IMG/VR virus record: IMGVR_UViG_3300020281_000010
DNA: 64,000 bases
Origin: a virus
Direction: 5' to 3' (one strand)
Part shown: positions 61,133 to 64,000 of the stretch, piece by piece
How positions within the stretch are numbered: position 1 is the first letter of the stretch
How the letters are laid out: each line of letters opens with the position of its first letter
Position numbers and translations under genes: made by a program
Notes under the pieces: model-generated
Told to the model about the DNA's origin: nothing
Database searches by the model: none
Seen by the model: the letters and a program-made list of their open reading frames with translations, nothing else

Positions 61133-63313
61133 ATGACCGTAAACACAGGAGTCAAAGGTACACTCGCTAAGTTGCTCGCAACTGAAGACCTTATCATTGA
61201 GCACAAGAACTGCCAGACAGCATCATTCGATGTCAAGCGTCGTGTTCTTACACTTCCTATCTGGGACAAAGCAAGTGAGACTGTATATGACTTGCTCGTA
61301 TCTCACGAGGTAGGTCACGCTCTATTCACTCCTTCTGAGTGGACAGAGAATCAGTTCAAGTGCCCTCAGTCCTACGTCAACGTTACTGAAGATGCTCGCA
61401 TCGAGAAGTTGATGAAGCGTAAGTATGCAGGTCTTCCAAAAACTTTCTACAGAGGTTACGCTGAACTAGATGCTCAAGATTTCTTCCAAGCATCTGACTC
61501 ACACAAACTAAACCTTATCGATCGTATCAATCTTCACTTCAAGATCGGTAACTACAGAGACATTCCTTTCTCTGCAGAAGAGCAAGTATTCGTAAAGAAG
61601 ACTGGTAACGCTGAGACCTTCCAAGAAGCGTGTGACGTTGCTAACGAGATCTTCGAGTTTATGAAGGAGAAGCAAGAGCAGATGGAAACAGTTGCTGCTC
61701 CTGCTCCTAAGGAAGGTGCTGAGTCAGGTGCACCTGCAGGTGACTTCATCCCTGCTGATTCATCTAACAATGATCAGGAAAAGTTCCAAGAAGAAATCAA
61801 TCCTGAGGCAGACATCGATTCTCCTCAAGAAGAATCTGAGGTAAAGCAAGGTGAATCACAAACACCACAGCAACCAACTGGTGCTTCAAACGAAGGTTCT
61901 AATGAGAACTACAAACCAGATCCTATGGAAGCATTGACTGACAAAGCATTCCAAGAAGCAGTCAAGGAACTTGTAGACAGCACATACGACTCTGAGTACA
62001 TTCAGATTCCTGTTGTTGACCACAAAAAACTTGTTGTTGGTTGGGAAGACGTTGTTCAAAAGTCTGAAGATTTCTGGAATGCTACTGAGTGTGAGCACGA
62101 GAAAGCAGATCTTGCTAAGTCTGTGACTGAGTACAATGACTTTATCAAAAAGTCTCAGAAAGAAATCAACTTCCTGATCAAAGAGTTTGAGTGCAGAAAA
62201 GCAGCAGACTCCTATGCACGTTCACTTACATCTAAGACTGGTGTTCTCAACACTACTGTGTTGCACCAGTACAAGTACAACGATGACATCTTCAAGCGTG
62301 TGACTGTTGTACCTGATGGTAAGAACCACGGTATGATCTTTCTTCTTGACTGGTCAGGTTCTATGGCAGGTTGTTTGTTCGATACTGCCAAGCAAGTCCT
62401 ACAACTTGCACACTTCTGCAGGAAGATCAACATCCCATTCCGTTGCTATGCTTTCAACTATGCTTGGAATGCATTCCACAATCAGGATCTACCTCAGTCA
62501 GAGCGTTTCATCCCACAGTACGGTGACATCTCTTACGCTAACGGATTCTGCCTTGTAGAAATGCTTTCCTCTGAAGCAAAGAAGAAGAAAGACTTCGAGC
62601 GTTCTTGCTTGACATTCTGGAGAAACGTTGCATCTAACTGCAGCGGTAACGGTCACTGGTATGGTCGTCACTACAACTTCCAACACTGCCCTGGTCTTGG
62701 TCTTAGTGGCACTCCACTCCTTGAGGCAATCTCTGCAATGCATACTGTCATCCCTCAGTTCAAGAAAGAGACTGGTGCTCAGAAAGTATCTCTCTCAGTC
62801 TTGACTGACGGTGAGTCTGGTCCTGCATCCTACTTTGCTGAGCGTACAAACCTCTTCTCTGGAAGGTTGTTTGAGAATACATACGGACGTAGGTGCCAAC
62901 TTCGTGACCGTAAGATCGGCAAGATCTATGAGAAAGAAGATCATCCTTCTTACCAACTCAACGTCTTCCTTGAGAACCTCAAGGATAGGTTCCCTGAGGT
63001 AACTACTATCGGGTTCCGTCTCATCTCTCCTCGCGACACAGCATCTTACCTTCGTCAACTTGGTTATATGGGTTGCCTTAAGAGAGTTGATATTGCTCAC
63101 GATAAGTTCAAGAAGGAGAAGTTCGTAGAGATCACTGAGTCTAAGTACGATGTACTCTATGTTCTTCCTACAAACAATCTTGAAGAGTCTGAGTCTATCG
63201 ATGTTGCTGACGGTGCAGAACTCAAGCAGATCCGTGCCGCCTTCAAGAAACTTTACAAAGGCAAGAACAGCAACAAGAAAATGCTTTCTTCTCTTAGTAA
63301 GACAATCGCATAA
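61133..63313 (+). CDS. HExxH metallopeptidase-like plus vWA (CobT-like) domain protein
   Basis: ASFDVKRRVLTLP.W, SHEVGHALFT, NVTEDARIE, an acidic linker, MIDAS FLLDWSGSM, LSGTPL and VLTDGE. Confidence 0.85.
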   Translation: MTVNTGVKGTLAKLLATEDLIIEHKNCQTASFDVKRRVLTLPIWDKASETVYDLLVSHEVGHALFTPSEWTENQFKCPQSYVNVTEDARIEKLMKRKYAGLPKTFYRGYAELDAQDFFQASDSHKLNLIDRINLHFKIGNYRDIPFSAEEQVFVKKTGNAETFQEACDVANEIFEFMKEKQEQMETVAAPAPKEGAESGAPAGDFIPADSSNNDQEKFQEEINPEADIDSPQEESEVKQGESQTPQQPTGASNEGSNENYKPDPMEALTDKAFQEAVKELVDSTYDSEYIQIPVVDHKKLVVGWEDVVQKSEDFWNATECEHEKADLAKSVTEYNDFIKKSQKEINFLIKEFECRKAADSYARSLTSKTGVLNTTVLHQYKYNDDIFKRVTVVPDGKNHGMIFLLDWSGSMAGCLFDTAKQVLQLAHFCRKINIPFRCYAFNYAWNAFHNQDLPQSERFIPQYGDISYANGFCLVEMLSSEAKKKKDFERSCLTFWRNVASNCSGNGHWYGRHYNFQHCPGLGLSGTPLLEAISAMHTVIPQFKKETGAQKVSLSVLTDGESGPASYFAERTNLFSGRLFENTYGRRCQLRDRKIGKIYEKEDHPSYQLNVFLENLKDRFPEVTTIGFRLISPRDTASYLRQLGYMGCLKRVDIAHDKFKKEKFVEITESKYDVLYVLPTNNLEESESIDVADGAELKQIRAAFKKLYKGKNSNKKMLSSLSKTIA

Positions 63314-63356
63314 GTGGCACACTGACCTACCATCTGTGCCACAGATGCCCTATACT
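63301..63356 (+). promoter_or_regulatory. Early-type promoter with upstream boxes (GACAAT-N7-GTGGCACA...TATACT)
   Basis: TATACT at 63351, inverted repeats at 63314-63347, and an A/C-rich leader before the ATG at 63386. Confidence 0.65.
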
Positions 63357-63385
63357 TAATTCATACAAACAAACACACTAAACAA

Positions 63386-64000
63386 ATGCCTTTCGATCCC
63401 ATCCCTTACACAACCGAAGACTTCTTCAACTATCTTGTAGAGAACTTCGGACCAGAAGTTTCTGTTCCTAATCTTCTCGCTGCTTCCGATCACTTCGGAT
63501 GTTCTCTTGCTACTGTCAAGAAACGTATGAAGCAGTACAAAACTGGATACAACAAGTGGCAACTCACAGTTGCTGAGGCACGTAAGCAATTCGAGGCAGC
63601 AGTTGCACCACAAGTATCTCTTGTTCCTGCAGCAGACCCTAACTACGTTCCTTTCGGTAACTACAGCACAATCAAAAAAGTTATCAAGAGCAAAGCGTTC
63701 TACCCTACCTACATCCAAGGTCTGTCAGGAAACGGTAAAACTCTTGGTGTTGAGCAAGCGTGTGCTTCTCTAAATAGGGAGTTGATTCGCGTTAACATCA
63801 CGATTGAAACCGACGAAGATGATCTTATTGGTGGGTTTCGTCTTGTTGATGGTAATACTGTCTGGCACAATGGACCAGTCATCGATGCTCTGGAGAAAGG
63901 AACTGTGCTGCTTCTAGACGAAGTAGACCTTGCATCAAACAAGATTCTCTGTCTCCAGTCTGTTCTTGAAGGCAAAGGTGTATTCCTTAAGAAGATTGGT
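63386..64000 (+). CDS. cobS: CobS/MoxR-like AAA+ ATPase, 3'-truncated and therefore missing from the ORF track
   Basis: Read by hand: MPFDPIPY...FYP.YIQGLSGNGKT (Walker A)...IRVNITIETDEDDLIGGFRL...GPVI.A.E.G..LLLDE.D (Walker B)...LQSVLEGKGVFLKKIG. Confidence 0.9.
   Translation, partial: MPFDPIPYTTEDFFNYLVENFGPEVSVPNLLAASDHFGCSLATVKKRMKQYKTGYNKWQLTVAEARKQFEAAVAPQVSLVPAADPNYVPFGNYSTIKKVIKSKAFYPTYIQGLSGNGKTLGVEQACASLNRELIRVNITIETDEDDLIGGFRLVDGNTVWHNGPVIDALEKGTVLLLDEVDLASNKILCLQSVLEGKGVFLKKIG

Noticed and set aside
848-63975. Many minus-strand and off-frame ORFs in the ORF track (e.g. 10176..10748 -, 12667..13170 -, 48947..49453 -, 62795..63322 -)
   Set aside because: They lie wholly within well-supported + strand genes, show no recognisable motifs, and have the Ser/Leu/Val-rich look of codon-bias shadow frames.
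1-64000. tRNA genes, structured ncRNA or riboswitch, and stop-codon recoding
   Set aside because: Intergenic gaps are short and I saw no cloverleaf. TAA, TGA and TAG all end conserved genes at their expected positions. A covariance-model scan (tRNAscan-SE/Infernal) would be needed to exclude small RNAs.

Overview
This window comes from a T4-like myovirus of marine picocyanobacteria, most likely a Synechococcus phage because it carries gnd, zwf, petE, PTOX and pcyA. Essentially all credible genes are on the + strand. In order it holds: a 5'-truncated giant virion protein; baseplate and fibre genes (YHYH protein, gp9/10-like, g7-like, g8, VrlC-like, 1957-aa fibre); g13-g16; an accessory island between g16 and g17 (basic candidate head-internal proteins, petE, PTOX, gnd, zwf, SNase-like nuclease, small membrane ORFs); g17-g23; g3, uvsY, uvsW, g55, pcyA, g47, g46; two 2OG-Fe(II) oxygenase-like genes; and the start of an early region (HExxH/vWA protein and a 3'-truncated CobS/MoxR ATPase). 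gp55-type late promoters, sigma70-type promoters and two intrinsic terminators are visible. The strongest leads are: (1) six to seven helical repeats in the giant virion protein that align by eye with phycobiliproteins, including both bilin-attachment Cys positions, in a genome that also encodes an intact PcyA; (2) a five-level nested domain insertion in the same protein; (3) complete type-1 copper ligand sets in two neighbouring structural proteins; (4) apparent absence of CATG and CCGG, with GGCC seen only where Trp-Pro forces it; (5) a near-consensus antisense sigma70 promoter back-to-back with the g55 promoter. All calls come from reading the sequence and recalling motifs. No searches or counts were run.
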